Positions 48,630 through 59,414 of a stretch of DNA of 64,000 bases are shown piece after piece. Where the stretch lies: the NCBI GenBank assembly GCA_963705105.1, contig CAVPIW010000006.1, positions 1,048,449-1,112,448 on the forward strand, written 5' to 3'. The notes beneath the pieces are model-generated. The model made no database searches and was not told the DNA's origin. It saw only the letters and a list, made by a program, of their open reading frames with translations. Numbering within the stretch: the stretch's first letter is position 1; each line of letters begins with the position of its first letter. Made by a program: the position numbers and the translations under genes. The stretch comes from an uncultured Nitrospiraceae bacterium. Its GTDB lineage: Bacteria > Nitrospirota > Thermodesulfovibrionia > Thermodesulfovibrionales > Dissulfurispiraceae.

Positions 48630-50748
48630 ATGCCTGAAAACAGCCCTTCCGTTGCCTGCCGCGACCTTCGGTCTCCGGTCCAGTGTGTCAGGGGCGTCGG
48701 CCCGCAGGTGGCCCGCCTGCTGACCCGCCTCGGCGTCATCACGGTGCGTGATCTCCTCTTTTACCTCCCCTTCCGTTATGAGGACAGGCGCTCGTCAGGA
48801 AGGATCGCCGACCTCAGCGCGGGCGAATATCAGTGCCGTGACGGGGGAAGTGACGCGCTGCGACATCATCGCTCCGGGCAGGAAAAACCCGAGGCTGAAA
48901 ATGGTCTCCGTCACCCTGACGGACGGAACAGGCACCGTCACGGCAAAATGGTTCAACCAGACATACCTGAAGAAGACCTTTCAGCCCGGTCGCCGTATCA
49001 TGATCTCAGGTGTGGTGAAAAAGGACTTCCGGGGCGCCGGTTTCGAAATGATGAAGCCCGAATTCGAATGCATCGACGACGACGATGGGGATGCGGAACA
49101 GATCCATACGGGCCGCATCGTCCCCCTGTACCGGCTCACCGAGGGCCTGAGCCAGAGACGGCTTCGCAGCGTCATCCACGGCGCCCTCCGGGACTTCGTC
49201 CCCTCCGTCGAGGACCCTCTTCCACCGGAGATCGTCCTGTCCAACTCCCTCGGAGATATGGCGGAGAGCATCCTGGGTGTCCATTTCCCGCCGGAGGGAT
49301 CGTCCCTGGAAGAACTGAACCGGGGAGTAAGCCCCTGGCACAGGCGCCTCGCCTTCGACGAGCTCTTCATTCTCCAGGCGGGACTCGCGGCGTTGAAAAG
49401 GGGCACCGTTCTCGAAAGCGGCATCGCCTTCGCGCCTGCCGGACGGCTGACGGAGAAGCTCCTGTCCGCACTCCCCTTCAGGCTGACGAAGGCCCAGGAG
49501 CGTGTCTTCAACGACATCCTTCATGACATGCAATCCCCGCATCCCATGAACAGGCTCATCCAGGGAGATGTGGGCTCGGGCAAGACCATCGTCGCCCTCA
49601 TGGCCATGCTCGTCGCCGTTGAGTGCGGGTACCAGGCCGCCCTCATGGCCCCCACGGAAATCCTGGCGGAACAGCACTACATCACGATGCACCGCCTTGT
49701 CGAAGACCTCGGTCTGACCGTCCACCTGCTGACGGGGAGCACAAAACAGAAGGACCTCTCGTCCATCTCGGCGGGCGCCGCCGACATCATCATCGGCACC
49801 CATGCGCTCATCCAGGAAGGGGTGACCTTCAGGAACCTCGGGTGCATCGTCATCGACGAGCAGCATCGCTTCGGCGTGCTGCAGCGGGCGTCACTGAGAA
49901 AAAAAGGGCTCCGCCCCGACACGCTCATCATGACCGCCACTCCCATCCCGAGGACCCTCGCCCTCACCCTTTACGGCGATCTCGATTATTCGGTCATCGA
50001 TGAGCTGCCGCCGGGGAGAAAGCCCGTGCACACACGGACGGCCGGAGAAAACCAGAAAGATGCAGTGTATGCCGCAATCGCCGAAAATATCGGAAAGGGC
50101 GGGCAGGTATACGTCGTCTATCCCGTCATCGAGGAATCCGAGGAATCCGGTCTGAAGGCGGCGATCACCGGGATGGAAGGGCTCAGGGCCAAGTTTCCCC
50201 AGGCCAGGGTCGGCCTCATCCACGGGAGGATGAAGCCCCAGGAGCGCGAGGCGGTGATGAAGGAATTCAAGGAGGGGACGGTGCAGATCCTTGTCGCCAC
50301 GACTGTCATAGAAGTCGGCGTCGATGTGCCGAATGCGACGATCATGGTCATCGTCCACGCCGAACGTTTCGGACTGGCCCAGCTCCATCAGCTCCGCGGC
50401 AGGGTCGGCCGGGGCGATAACCAGTCGCAGTGCATCCTGCTGCGGTACGGCGCGACGGCCGATGCGCTGAGAAGGCTCCGGGCGATGGTCGGCACGACGG
50501 ACGGATTCAGGATCGCCGAGGAGGACCTGGCGATCAGGGGCCCCGGGGAGTTCTTCGGGACCAGACAGTCAGGCCTGCCGGACCTCAAGGTCGCCGACCT
50601 CGTCCGGGACGCACGGCTCCTCGAAGGGGCGCGGCGCGAGGCCTTCGCCCTCATTGACGAAGACCCCGGCCTCAGGACCCACCTGCCGCTCAGGAGGGCT
50701 GTGGAGGACGCCTGGGGATCGAAAATGGATCTGTTCAAAACAGCATGA
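48630..50748 (+). CDS. recG: ATP-dependent DNA helicase RecG, split by a +1 frameshift near 48830
   Basis: Frame 1 GVGP..DLLFYLPFRYEDR; frame 2 QGDVGSGKT, DEQHRFG, TATPIPRT, QLHQLRGRVGRG. Confidence 0.92.
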
Positions 50749-50850
50749 CACATAGGGAGACCATAAGAATGACAAACAGGGTCTGGAAGGATCTGCAGGA
50801 GGGTATCGGGAAATGATGTGCGCAACAATCATGTTAAACGTGGTGCTGTC

Positions 50851-51633
50851 ATGAACGTCTTTGAAATCGGCGCTCTCATCCTGGGACTCCTCGTCGGGTC
50901 CTTTCTGAACGTCTGCATTTACAGGCTGCCCCGGGACCTCTCCATTGTCAGTCCCGGTTCGGCCTGCCCGTCCTGCGGAGCACCCATCAGGCCCTGGGAC
51001 AATGTGCCCCTGCTGAGCTACCTGGTGCTGAGAGGCAAGTGCCGGCATTGCGGCGTTTCCATCTCGCCCCGCTACCCCTTTGTCGAACTTCTGAACGGCG
51101 TTCTTTACTGGACCGTCATCGCCGTCTTCGGGCCGGGCTGGCATGCCCCTTTCCTCTTCGCCTTCGTCTCCGCCATGATCGTCATCACCTTCATCGACCT
51201 TGACGTGCAGCTCATCCCTGACCGCATCACCCTGCCGGGGATCTTCATCGGCCTCGGCGGCGCATCATTCCTGCTGCCCGATCCTTTTTCCTCTTCTGAC
51301 CGGGATATCGTCGGCTTCGTGAACTCTGCGATCGGCTTTATCGCCGGCGGCGGGCTGTTCTTCCTCATCGCCGTCCTGAGCAGGGGGGGCATGGGTGGCG
51401 GTGACGTGAAATTCATGGCCATGACGGGCGCCTGGATGGGGTGGAAGGCGGTCCTGCTCACAACCCTCATCGGGAGCCTCGCCGGGTCGCTCATCGGCAT
51501 CTTCCTCATGATTGCCAAGGGAAAAGGGAGAAAGACGAAAATTCCCTTCGGTCCTTTTCTGGCCATGGGAGCCCTTGTGACACTCTTTGCCGGCGGCCCC
51601 ATCGTCGACTGGTACCTCGGGCTCTACAGGTGA
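50851..51633 (+). CDS. pilD: Prepilin peptidase
   Basis: [12 protein letters not shown], two CxxC, FIDL, GMGGGD, IPFGPFL. Confidence 0.93.
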   Translation: MNVFEIGALILGLLVGSFLNVCIYRLPRDLSIVSPGSACPSCGAPIRPWDNVPLLSYLVLRGKCRHCGVSISPRYPFVELLNGVLYWTVIAVFGPGWHAPFLFAFVSAMIVITFIDLDVQLIPDRITLPGIFIGLGGASFLLPDPFSSSDRDIVGFVNSAIGFIAGGGLFFLIAVLSRGGMGGGDVKFMAMTGAWMGWKAVLLTTLIGSLAGSLIGIFLMIAKGKGRKTKIPFGPFLAMGALVTLFAGGPIVDWYLGLYR

Positions 51634-51637
51634 CCGA

Positions 51638-53455
51638 ATGAAACGAACGGATATCAGGAACCTTGCCATCATCGCCCATGTCGACCACGGGAAAACGACC
51701 CTCGTCGACGGGATGCTGAGACAGTCCGGCATATTCCGGTCTCATGAGCTCGTGCAGGACCGCGTCATGGACTCCATCGACCTCGAACGCGAGCGCGGCA
51801 TCACCATCATGGCGAAGAACACCGCTGTCGAATACGCCGGAATCAAGATCAACATCGTCGACACCCCGGGCCACGCCGACTTCGGCGGAGAGGTCGAAAG
51901 GACCCTCAAGATGGTCGACGGCGTGCTCCTCCTCGTCGACGCATCGGAGGGGCCCCTTCCACAGACGCGTTTCGTCCTGAAAAAGGCCCTTGAGCTGGAA
52001 CTCCCTCCCATCGTCGTCGTCAACAAGATCGACAGGCCTGACGCACGGATCCAGGAGGTGCTCAACGAGGTCTACGACCTGTTCATCGATCTCGACGCGA
52101 CGGAGGAGCAGATCGAGTTCCCCGTGATATACACCAACGCGAAAAGAGGTGTGGCGCAGCACAGCCTTGACGACGATTCGCAGGACCTGAAGCCCCTCTT
52201 CGATCTCATCGTGCAGACCATACCGCCCCCCGAAGCGGACAGCGGCGGCCCCCTCCAGATCCTCGTCACGAACATCGACTACAATGACTACGTGGGGAGG
52301 CTTGCTATCGGGAGGATTTTTTCAGGCACCGTCTCAGTCGGCGACGCCGTCGCCCTCGTGGGCAGGCAGTCCGAACCGGTGAGGACAAAGATATCCTCCC
52401 TGTACACATTTCAGGGGCTCGAGCGGATCGCGGTCAAACAGGCCTCGGCCGGCGACATTATCGCCCTCGCCGGCATCGAAGGGATCAACATCGGCGACAC
52501 CGTCACCGATGCCGATGAGCCGAAACCCCTGCCCCGGATCACTGTCGACGAACCGACCATATCAATGGTCTTCTCCGTCAATACATCGCCCTTTTCGGGC
52601 AGGGACGGGAGATTCGTCACCTCCCGCCACCTCAGGGAGAGACTCGAAAAGGAGCTCCTGTACAATGTGGCGATCCGGGTCGATTTCGATTCGATGGATT
52701 CCTTCAAGGTCATGGGCAGGGGTGAACTCCAGCTCGCCATCCTCATCGAGATGATGCGGCGCGAGGGATATGAGCTGTCCGTGTCCATGCCGGAGACGGT
52801 AACAAAGACCTTTGACGGCGTCCTCCATGAACCGGTCGAATTTCTTGTCATCGATGTCCCGGAAGAGTACATCGGGATCGTGTCCCAGCAGGTCGGCATA
52901 CGGAAAGGGAAGCTCCAGAAGATGCAGAACAACGGGCACGGCAGGGTGCGACTCGAATTCCGCATCCCTTCCCGGGGGTTGATCGGGTTCCGGTCCCAGT
53001 TCCTGACGGACACGAAGGGCACGGGACTGCTCAACCATCTCTTCGGAGGCTATGAACCCTGGCAGGGCTTCATGACGAAGCGGCAGACAGGCGCCCTCGT
53101 CGCCGACAGGCCGGGCAAATCGACCGTCTATGCCCTCCACCACCTCCAGCCCAGGGGGACCCTCTTCATCAGGGAAAATACGCCTGTCTATGAGGGAATG
53201 ATCATCGGCGAGAACACCCGGGACAACGACCTCGACGTGAACGTGACAAAGGAGAAGAAAATGACGAACATCCGCGCCGCATCGGCCGATGAGGCCCTTC
53301 AGCTGGTGCCGGCGAGGATGATGAGCCTGGAACAGGCTATCGAGTTCGTCAGGGAGGATGAGCTCGTCGAGGTGACGCCCCATTCGATACGGCTGAGGAA
53401 AAAAATACTCGAGTCGAACAAGCGATACAAAGGGAAGGCCATTCCCTCATCGTAG
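51638..53455 (+). CDS. typA: Translational GTPase TypA/BipA
   Basis: [43 protein letters not shown]. Confidence 0.96.
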   Translation: MKRTDIRNLAIIAHVDHGKTTLVDGMLRQSGIFRSHELVQDRVMDSIDLERERGITIMAKNTAVEYAGIKINIVDTPGHADFGGEVERTLKMVDGVLLLVDASEGPLPQTRFVLKKALELELPPIVVVNKIDRPDARIQEVLNEVYDLFIDLDATEEQIEFPVIYTNAKRGVAQHSLDDDSQDLKPLFDLIVQTIPPPEADSGGPLQILVTNIDYNDYVGRLAIGRIFSGTVSVGDAVALVGRQSEPVRTKISSLYTFQGLERIAVKQASAGDIIALAGIEGINIGDTVTDADEPKPLPRITVDEPTISMVFSVNTSPFSGRDGRFVTSRHLRERLEKELLYNVAIRVDFDSMDSFKVMGRGELQLAILIEMMRREGYELSVSMPETVTKTFDGVLHEPVEFLVIDVPEEYIGIVSQQVGIRKGKLQKMQNNGHGRVRLEFRIPSRGLIGFRSQFLTDTKGTGLLNHLFGGYEPWQGFMTKRQTGALVADRPGKSTVYALHHLQPRGTLFIRENTPVYEGMIIGENTRDNDLDVNVTKEKKMTNIRAASADEALQLVPARMMSLEQAIEFVREDELVEVTPHSIRLRKKILESNKRYKGKAIPSS

Positions 53456-53642
53456 CAACAGCATCTCCGGAAAGGCGGGGCAAGGCTGCCGAAAGGCCCT
53501 GGTGCTGCGAAACCTTTGCCTTCCCATACAGACCATTTCAGACCGACGTCTGAAAAAGAAGTGAACCTTTCGCTGACACTCACACTGTCACTGACACTGT
53601 TTTCAGAGTGCTTCGCTCTGCCTTTCCGCGCAAATGGAAGGT
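53444..53642 (+). mobile_element. MITE-like element (B-left/A-right), TT flanks; overlaps typA stop
   Basis: CCCTCATCGTAGCA..GGAAAGGCGGGGC..CCTTTGCCTTCCCATAC..hexamer tract..GGAAGGT. Confidence 0.8.
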
Positions 53643-54311
53643 TTACTTCCCCCGCACGGATGTCCTCCTGAAATCGTAATCCCCCATGCGCCTCGCCAGC
53701 TCCGTCCATGCATTGGTCCGGAGATTGCGGACAAGGGTATGCAGGTAGCCGCTCCTGACGGCCCTCTTTTTCTCCTCTTCCCCGGTTATGCCGTAAAAGG
53801 GGAGCATGATCGCAAAGGCCCTGTCCGTATACTCCTGCAGGGGCGTCAGGACGTCCTGCCTCCGGGAGTGAAAGGCGTCTTCACCTTCGGCGCAGGGCCT
53901 GTTGAAGACGTTGAACTGCCGGCAGGCCATGGGACGGAGTGGATGGATTGCGCAGGCCCCGTCGACCAGGAACGGGCAGGAATCATCGCCGCCGTGAGTG
54001 GCAAGCTGCTTCTTTACGCTTTCCCGCGACTGACCCGTCAGCATCTCGACGACGAACCAGTAGATCCCGACCAGCTCAAGGGGATAGACGGGGATGTCGC
54101 GGTGGGTACTGCAGCAGGCATCGCAGCCCTTCGAGCAGGCAAGCCGCTCCCCCGTCTCCGCCGTCCGCGCCCGCACAGCCGTCATTATGCCCTCGTCCGC
54201 AACGGCATAGGCGTCAAGGAGCATCGGGAGCCAGGGCTGCGCCTTTTCGGCATCGGGAAAACGCAGACGTTTCAACGTCCCCGTGCGGCTGGTCTTCCGG
54301 GATGCTTTCAA
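53643..54311 (-). CDS. YkgJ-family cysteine-cluster protein
   Basis: CSKGCDACC, CPFL..C.I...RP..CR; GGAGGAG then TTG 54311. Confidence 0.85.
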   Translation of the reverse strand: MKASRKTSRTGTLKRLRFPDAEKAQPWLPMLLDAYAVADEGIMTAVRARTAETGERLACSKGCDACCSTHRDIPVYPLELVGIYWFVVEMLTGQSRESVKKQLATHGGDDSCPFLVDGACAIHPLRPMACRQFNVFNRPCAEGEDAFHSRRQDVLTPLQEYTDRAFAIMLPFYGITGEEEKKRAVRSGYLHTLVRNLRTNAWTELARRMGDYDFRRTSVRGK

Positions 54312-54422
54312 TGTCTCCTCCGGGGGCGGGCACAAAGTTCTTTCTCCATCACCATTCCTCTCCGTTTCGTGCCTCTCCAGAACCATAACTGAAAAAAGCA
54401 CTCCTTTTCAAGAAAGACATGA

Positions 54423-54832
54423 ACCTTATCGGCTCATATGCCCTCTGGAAAGGCAGGGCGTATGCGGCGCCGAAAACCTTGGTGCGGCGATAACTTTACC
54501 CTATAGTTGCATTGAAAGGCGGGGCGAAACGCCTCAAAGCCTTGCTGAAGGCGACGATACGCCTCGTCATCTTCGTGTTTCAGGATTTCACTCTTTGTGT
54601 CATCGACCATTAGCGTATAGTTCATCTTTCGTTTTGATACTGGTGTCGCCGCAGCAAGGTTTTCGGCGCATACGCCCCGCCTTTCCCGGGCGTGTATTGC
54701 AACGATAAGGTTTATCGTCACGGAAGACGACGTTATCATCCGACGGTCGAAAAAGTGAGCCTTTTTACTGACACTCACACTGACACTGACACTGTTTTTC
54801 AGAACGCTTCGCCCTGCCTTATCACGCAAGGT
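54423..54832 (+). mobile_element. MITE-like element (A/A), GA flanks, interrupted by a second copy
   Basis: Left arm 54423-54497, right arm 54712-54832. Confidence 0.85.
54498..54711 (-). mobile_element. Nested MITE-like element (A-left/B-right), TT flanks
   Basis: ACCCTATAGTTGCATTGAAAGGCGGGGCG...TGCAACGATAAGGT. Confidence 0.87.
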
Positions 54833-54923
54833 GACGTATCCGCATATCAGGCATGACCGCTCAAGAATCCATGGGCATTCCCGACAATAGAATAACAAAA
54901 GAATAACAAAGAAAGGAGGTTCT

Positions 54924-55244
54924 ATGAGAAAAGCTGTCTTTCCCGTTGTTTTTGCCCTTTGCGTCGTCTTCTTCGGCGCCGCCCTGGGAGAGGCCCTGTC
55001 CGTGACGAGCCAGGAGGCATACATGCCGAACGGTCATTACATGTGGGTTCTCGACAAGAACGAAATGGCATCGATCGGCATGCCCGGCTTGAGAGCCGTA
55101 ATTAATGTGTATAATGACGGCTCTGCTTCGGGAGCGGTTTTCGATCCCGACGGTTTCGTCGTCACGTACATTTTTCTGGACATGTTCGGTTTTCCCTTCT
55201 GTTCGACCGACGGCGTCAACTGGGGCTCCTGCGACATGCTGTAA
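54924..55244 (+). CDS. Small secreted hypothetical protein
   Basis: AAGGAGG RBS, signal peptide, terminator follows. Confidence 0.7.
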   Translation: MRKAVFPVVFALCVVFFGAALGEALSVTSQEAYMPNGHYMWVLDKNEMASIGMPGLRAVINVYNDGSASGAVFDPDGFVVTYIFLDMFGFPFCSTDGVNWGSCDML

Positions 55245-55251
55245 CACAACG

Positions 55252-55291
55252 GGCCTGGAACGCGGGACAACGCGGCATCCAGGCCTTTTTT
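55252..55291 (+). terminator. Probable Rho-independent terminator
   Basis: GGCCTGGA...TCCAGGCC followed by a T-run. Confidence 0.6.
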
Positions 55292-55312
55292 CACTCCCCG
55301 CACTTTCACCGG

Positions 55313-56764
55313 TCATGACGTGCCGCAGGCCCTTCCCTTCAGGTGGAAGAAGAATTTCAGTCCTTTTTTCACCCTGTCGGAAAAGATCTTCGTCGACAGG
55401 AAAGACCCTGCAACCCGCTTGTTGATCTCGCCGAGAGTGGGATAGGGGTGCACGGCACCCGCCAGGGTCGAAAGCCCCACCTTGCCGTTCAGCACGGCTG
55501 CCCATTCACCGATGAGGTCTCCTGCGTGGGGTCCGAGGATCTGTACCCCCAGGGGTCGCTCCCTTTCGTCGAGGATCATCTTGAGTTTCCCCGCCGATGC
55601 ACCCTCTGCAAGGGCCCTGTCATTTGCGGAGAACTCCTCCGTCCATGCCGTGTATTCGATCCCCCTCTCCTGCGCCGCCTTCTCGTTCAGGCCGATGCTG
55701 GCGAGCTCAGGATCGACGTAGGTGCACCAGGGGAAGAAGGTGTAATCGGTCCTGCGGGGGAGACGGAAAACGGCGTTGGCGACGACGACGCCGCCCTCGT
55801 AACCGGCGGCGTGGGTAAACTGGTATGTGCCGGTCACGTCGCCGGCGGCGTAAATGTGTTTCTGCGTCGTACGCAGACGGTCATCTACGGCGATCCCCCG
55901 ACCGCTGAACTCCACGCCGATCGCATCGAGCCCCAATCCATGGACGTTCGCCTCCCGCCCGGCGGCGACGACGACCGCCTCGGCCCGCAGATTCAGGGCT
56001 TGTCCTTCTTTCTCGATGACGATCTCCCGCTCGCTCCCGAGGTCGCGTGCGCTGAGGACCTTCGCACCCAGGTGAAATATCACCCCCTCGCCGCTCAGGC
56101 CTTTCATGACGGCCTCGGCCATGTCCCTGTCCTCGCGGCCCAGGATCTGCGGCGCCATCTCGACGACGGTCACCTTTGATCCGAGTCTCGTGAAGGCCTG
56201 TGACATCTCTATCGAGATGGGACCGCCTCCCAGAAAGATCATCGTCACCGGAAGCCGGTCCAGCGAAAAGATGTCACGGTTCGTGAGGTACGGCATGCCG
56301 TCAATCCCGCTGATCTTCGGGACGGCCGGCGATGATCCCGTGGCGATGACCCAGGATTTGGCGGTGATCTCTTTTCCTTCAAGACTGAACGTATGCTCGT
56401 CGGTGAATGTCCCTGATCCGAACAGGACCTGCGCGCCGAGGCCGCAAAACCTCTCCGGAGAGTCATGCTTCTGGATCGTCGCGATAACAGACCGGATTCT
56501 CGCGGCGACATCCCTGAAGTCGACAGGCCCGGTCTGCACCGGCGGAAGCCCGAAAGCCGGCGCATGCTGCAGCAGATGCCGCACCCTTGCCGTCCTGATA
56601 AGGGTCTTACTGGGCACACATCCGTAGTGCAGGCAGTCTCCGCCGAGTTTGCCGTCCTTCTCGATGAGGATCGTCTTCGCTCCCAGTTGAGCGGCTCCTG
56701 AAGCGACGGTCAAACCGGCCGCGCCGCCGCCGAGAATGCCGATATCAAAATCAAAGTTGGGCAT
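55313..56764 (-). CDS. Pyridine nucleotide-disulfide oxidoreductase (MerA/Lpd-like family)
   Basis: GGGAAG, GGDCLHYGCVPSK, AAGDV, HPYPT. Confidence 0.88.
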   Translation of the reverse strand: MPNFDFDIGILGGGAAGLTVASGAAQLGAKTILIEKDGKLGGDCLHYGCVPSKTLIRTARVRHLLQHAPAFGLPPVQTGPVDFRDVAARIRSVIATIQKHDSPERFCGLGAQVLFGSGTFTDEHTFSLEGKEITAKSWVIATGSSPAVPKISGIDGMPYLTNRDIFSLDRLPVTMIFLGGGPISIEMSQAFTRLGSKVTVVEMAPQILGREDRDMAEAVMKGLSGEGVIFHLGAKVLSARDLGSEREIVIEKEGQALNLRAEAVVVAAGREANVHGLGLDAIGVEFSGRGIAVDDRLRTTQKHIYAAGDVTGTYQFTHAAGYEGGVVVANAVFRLPRRTDYTFFPWCTYVDPELASIGLNEKAAQERGIEYTAWTEEFSANDRALAEGASAGKLKMILDERERPLGVQILGPHAGDLIGEWAAVLNGKVGLSTLAGAVHPYPTLGEINKRVAGSFLSTKIFSDRVKKGLKFFFHLKGRACGTS

Positions 56765-56787
56765 AGGTCCTCCTTCTGAAGACAGTG

Positions 56788-56979
56788 ATCGTTACGGTTT
56801 CACAAAAAGGCGGGCCGAAGCGCTTGAAATCAGTGACAGTGTCAGTGTGTGCGTCAATCATGGGATCATTTTCTTTCTAATTACCCTTAGAGTTGGTCTT
56901 ACAACTAAAAAGGTGTCGCCGTAGCAAGGTGTTCCGCGCACACGCCCCGCCTTTCGGTCAGGCGTATGCAATGATACGT
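56788..56979 (-). mobile_element. Degenerate MITE-like element (A/A)
   Basis: AAAAGGCGGGCCGAAGCGCT..CAGTGACAGTGTCAGTG..GGTGTCGCCGTAGCAAGG..CGCCCCGCCTTTC..ATGCAATGATACGT. Confidence 0.7.
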
Positions 56980-56987
56980 TGATTATT

Positions 56988-57701
56988 TCAGTGCTTCCCG
57001 GCCGCACCTCTTTCACCCCTCCTCTTCCGGTACCAGGCGACAAGTCTCTTCGTTACAAGCGGGAATAAGCCGAGGAGGGCAAAGGAGAGGATAAGACCGG
57101 GGGAAAGTATGCCGGAAAGGGATTCGATCTTTGCAAGCTCCCTTCCGGCGTTGACATACACGACGGTACCGGGCAGCATCCCGATCTGAGACACGATGTA
57201 AAACTTCGTCAGCGGCATCTGCGTCAGGCCCATCACCAGATTGATGACGAAAAAGGGGAAGACCGGTATGAGGCGGAGAGTGAAGAGGTAAAAGGCCCCC
57301 TCCTCGTCGATCCCCTTGTTGACCGCCGCAAGCCTGTCACCAAACTTCGCCTGGACCCAGTCTCTCAGGACATAGCGCGACACCGCACAGGCAAGGGTCG
57401 CCCCTATGGTGCTCGCGAAGGAGACGACCACGGTCCCCGTGAGGAGGCCGAAGAGTCCCCCGCCCGCGAGGGTCAGCACCGCTGCGCCGGGCAGGGAGAG
57501 CGATGTCACGAGGATATAAACCGCCATGTATGCCGCTATGACGGCGCCTCTGCTCTGCTCATAGAGCGCCATGAACCGCTGCTGCGATTCCTTGATGTAC
57601 TGGAGCGTCAGATACCGGCCGAGGTCGAAGGCCCAGAAGGCGACGATGCATGCCGCCACTGCCGCGACGATCAGTATCTTCGAAAGTATCTTTTTATTCA
57701 T
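56988..57701 (-). CDS. TVP38/TMEM64 membrane protein
   Basis: SLPGAAVLTLAGG, YLFTLRLIPVFPFFVINL, GMLPGTVVYVNAG. Confidence 0.9.
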   Translation of the reverse strand: MNKKILSKILIVAAVAACIVAFWAFDLGRYLTLQYIKESQQRFMALYEQSRGAVIAAYMAVYILVTSLSLPGAAVLTLAGGGLFGLLTGTVVVSFASTIGATLACAVSRYVLRDWVQAKFGDRLAAVNKGIDEEGAFYLFTLRLIPVFPFFVINLVMGLTQMPLTKFYIVSQIGMLPGTVVYVNAGRELAKIESLSGILSPGLILSFALLGLFPLVTKRLVAWYRKRRGERGAAGKH

Positions 57702-57786
57702 CTGCACTTCTCTTACTATAAATTATAGCGCAACGATTGGAAAGCATGACTGAACCATTACTCCGGAAATTGTAACCTGTCACAGC

Positions 57787-57872
57787 GTCATTCCCGCAAG
57801 CCCCGGTCAAGCCGGGACAGGCTCCGCGTGCCGGGAATGACAGCTGAAGCTTACTTTATGGACAGACACTAA
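57787..57872 (+). repeat. GTCATTCCCGC-type element with TATGGACAGAC tail
   Basis: GTCATTCCCGC..CGGGAATGAC; the tail also follows the 26686 copy. Confidence 0.7.
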
Positions 57873-57925
57873 TTACCCCCCCTGTGACGGTTTAAAAGAC
57901 GGGAGTTGAATTCCGTCGCAAATAA

Positions 57926-58122
57926 ACCTTATCGTTGCATGCGCTTTCCGAAAAGGCGGGGTGTCTGCGCCGAAAACCTTGATGCGGCGATACCTTAACC
58001 GTCACGAAAAACGACATTTCAACGCGATGGTCGAAAAAGTGAGCCTTCTTACTGACACTCACACTGACACTGACACTGTTTTTCAGAGCGATCCGCCCCG
58101 CCTTACCATGCAACTACAGGGT
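57926..58122 (+). mobile_element. MITE-like element (A/A), AA flanks
   Basis: ACCTTATCGTTGCA...CGCCCCGCCTTACCATGCAACTACAGGGT. Confidence 0.87.
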
Positions 58123-58172
58123 AAAAAGTCTCGCGATGGTGGAGGCCGTCAAGGCTAATCTTCGTTTTATCG

Positions 58173-59414
58173 TCACAACAGTTCATAATAGGGAATGAAC
58201 CGAACGACGGTTTGTTCCATCTTCTCTTCGTCCCTGAGGGTCAGATTGACTACCCAGGCCTCCGCAGGACTATATCTGGCAATAAATCCCCTCAGTGAGC
58301 GCCCGATGTCCTTCTTTGTCATTTCCCTGCATTTCACCTCCACAGGCGTCACGCCGTCGCCCCTGTCGATGACAAAATCGACCTCGGCCCTGTCTTTTGT
58401 CCGCCAGAAGTGTATTGTGCCGCCGTTGTGCCGTGTCCTCTCCCGCAACAGATGGTACAGAAGGTTCTGGAACAGGAACCCCGCCTCATGAAATATGCCG
58501 TATCTCCCGAAACGGTTTATGCTGAAGTTCCTGAGACCGAGATCATGAAAATACGTGACCGGTGATTTACTGATCTCCTTTCTCAGGTTCCTGAAATACG
58601 GGGTGATTCTCCTGATGACAAAAGTCTTTTCCGCATAGGTAAGATAGTTCTTCACAGTCTGCACGGATATCCCCAGTGTCGAGGAGAGCTCGTTGAGATT
58701 CAGGATATTTCCCGACTGACCTGCCAGTAGCCGAATCATGTTACCAAAAGCATCGATCCGTTCCACTTTTAAGAGGAAAGCTATATCCTTTTCTATGTAG
58801 CTCCTATAAATATCGTCAATTATTTTCATCTTCTCCGACAGAGTATCCTCCACGATGACCCTCGGATACCCCCCGAAATTGAGATATTCCATGAGGAGAT
58901 TCAAACCTTCCTGTCTGTTTAACTGAAAATACCTGTCTATTCTTCCCTCGTACCTGTAATCCGTTCTGAAGTCCGCGAACTCAGCGAGTGAAACGGTGTT
59001 GAGTTCGAACATTCTCTTTCGGCCTGCAAGCGATTCATGCACTTTTTCTTTCAGTTCCACGCTTCCCGAACCGGATATGATGAACTTATATGGTGTCTGC
59101 ATGTCGTAAATGCCCTTGAGGAACAGTCCTGCATTCGCCTTTCTCTGTATCTCGTCGATGAAGACATACCCCTTCCGGCTGCCGAATTCCAATCGTATCC
59201 TGTCCAGGAGTGCCGCCTGGCTCGTGAAATGAGGCTGATCTCTTTCAAAATCGAGGCTCAGATACAGGGTCCGCTCGCCTTTATTCTCGAGGTCTTCCTT
59301 CAGTTGCATCATCAGGGTAGTCTTGCCGGCCTGGCGGGGGCCAACGATGAGCGACAGCTCCCTTTTTGACAGGTGGGCCGTCAGTTCGTGAAGGAGATAT
59401 CTTTTTATTGACAT
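58173..59414 (-). CDS. AAA+ ATPase (AAA_14 + DUF4143)
   Basis: GPRQAGKTT, IDEIQ, SGS, GGYP, DLGLRN, EVDF..PVEVK; lower GC. Confidence 0.9.
   Translation of the reverse strand: MSIKRYLLHELTAHLSKRELSLIVGPRQAGKTTLMMQLKEDLENKGERTLYLSLDFERDQPHFTSQAALLDRIRLEFGSRKGYVFIDEIQRKANAGLFLKGIYDMQTPYKFIISGSGSVELKEKVHESLAGRKRMFELNTVSLAEFADFRTDYRYEGRIDRYFQLNRQEGLNLLMEYLNFGGYPRVIVEDTLSEKMKIIDDIYRSYIEKDIAFLLKVERIDAFGNMIRLLAGQSGNILNLNELSSTLGISVQTVKNYLTYAEKTFVIRRITPYFRNLRKEISKSPVTYFHDLGLRNFSINRFGRYGIFHEAGFLFQNLLYHLLRERTRHNGGTIHFWRTKDRAEVDFVIDRGDGVTPVEVKCREMTKKDIGRSLRGFIARYSPAEAWVVNLTLRDEEKMEQTVVRFIPYYELL

Noticed and set aside
55313..56764. merA mercury resistance
   Set aside because: No C-terminal Cys-Cys pair, no NmerA domain and no mer genes; a TVP38-linked paralog family fits better.
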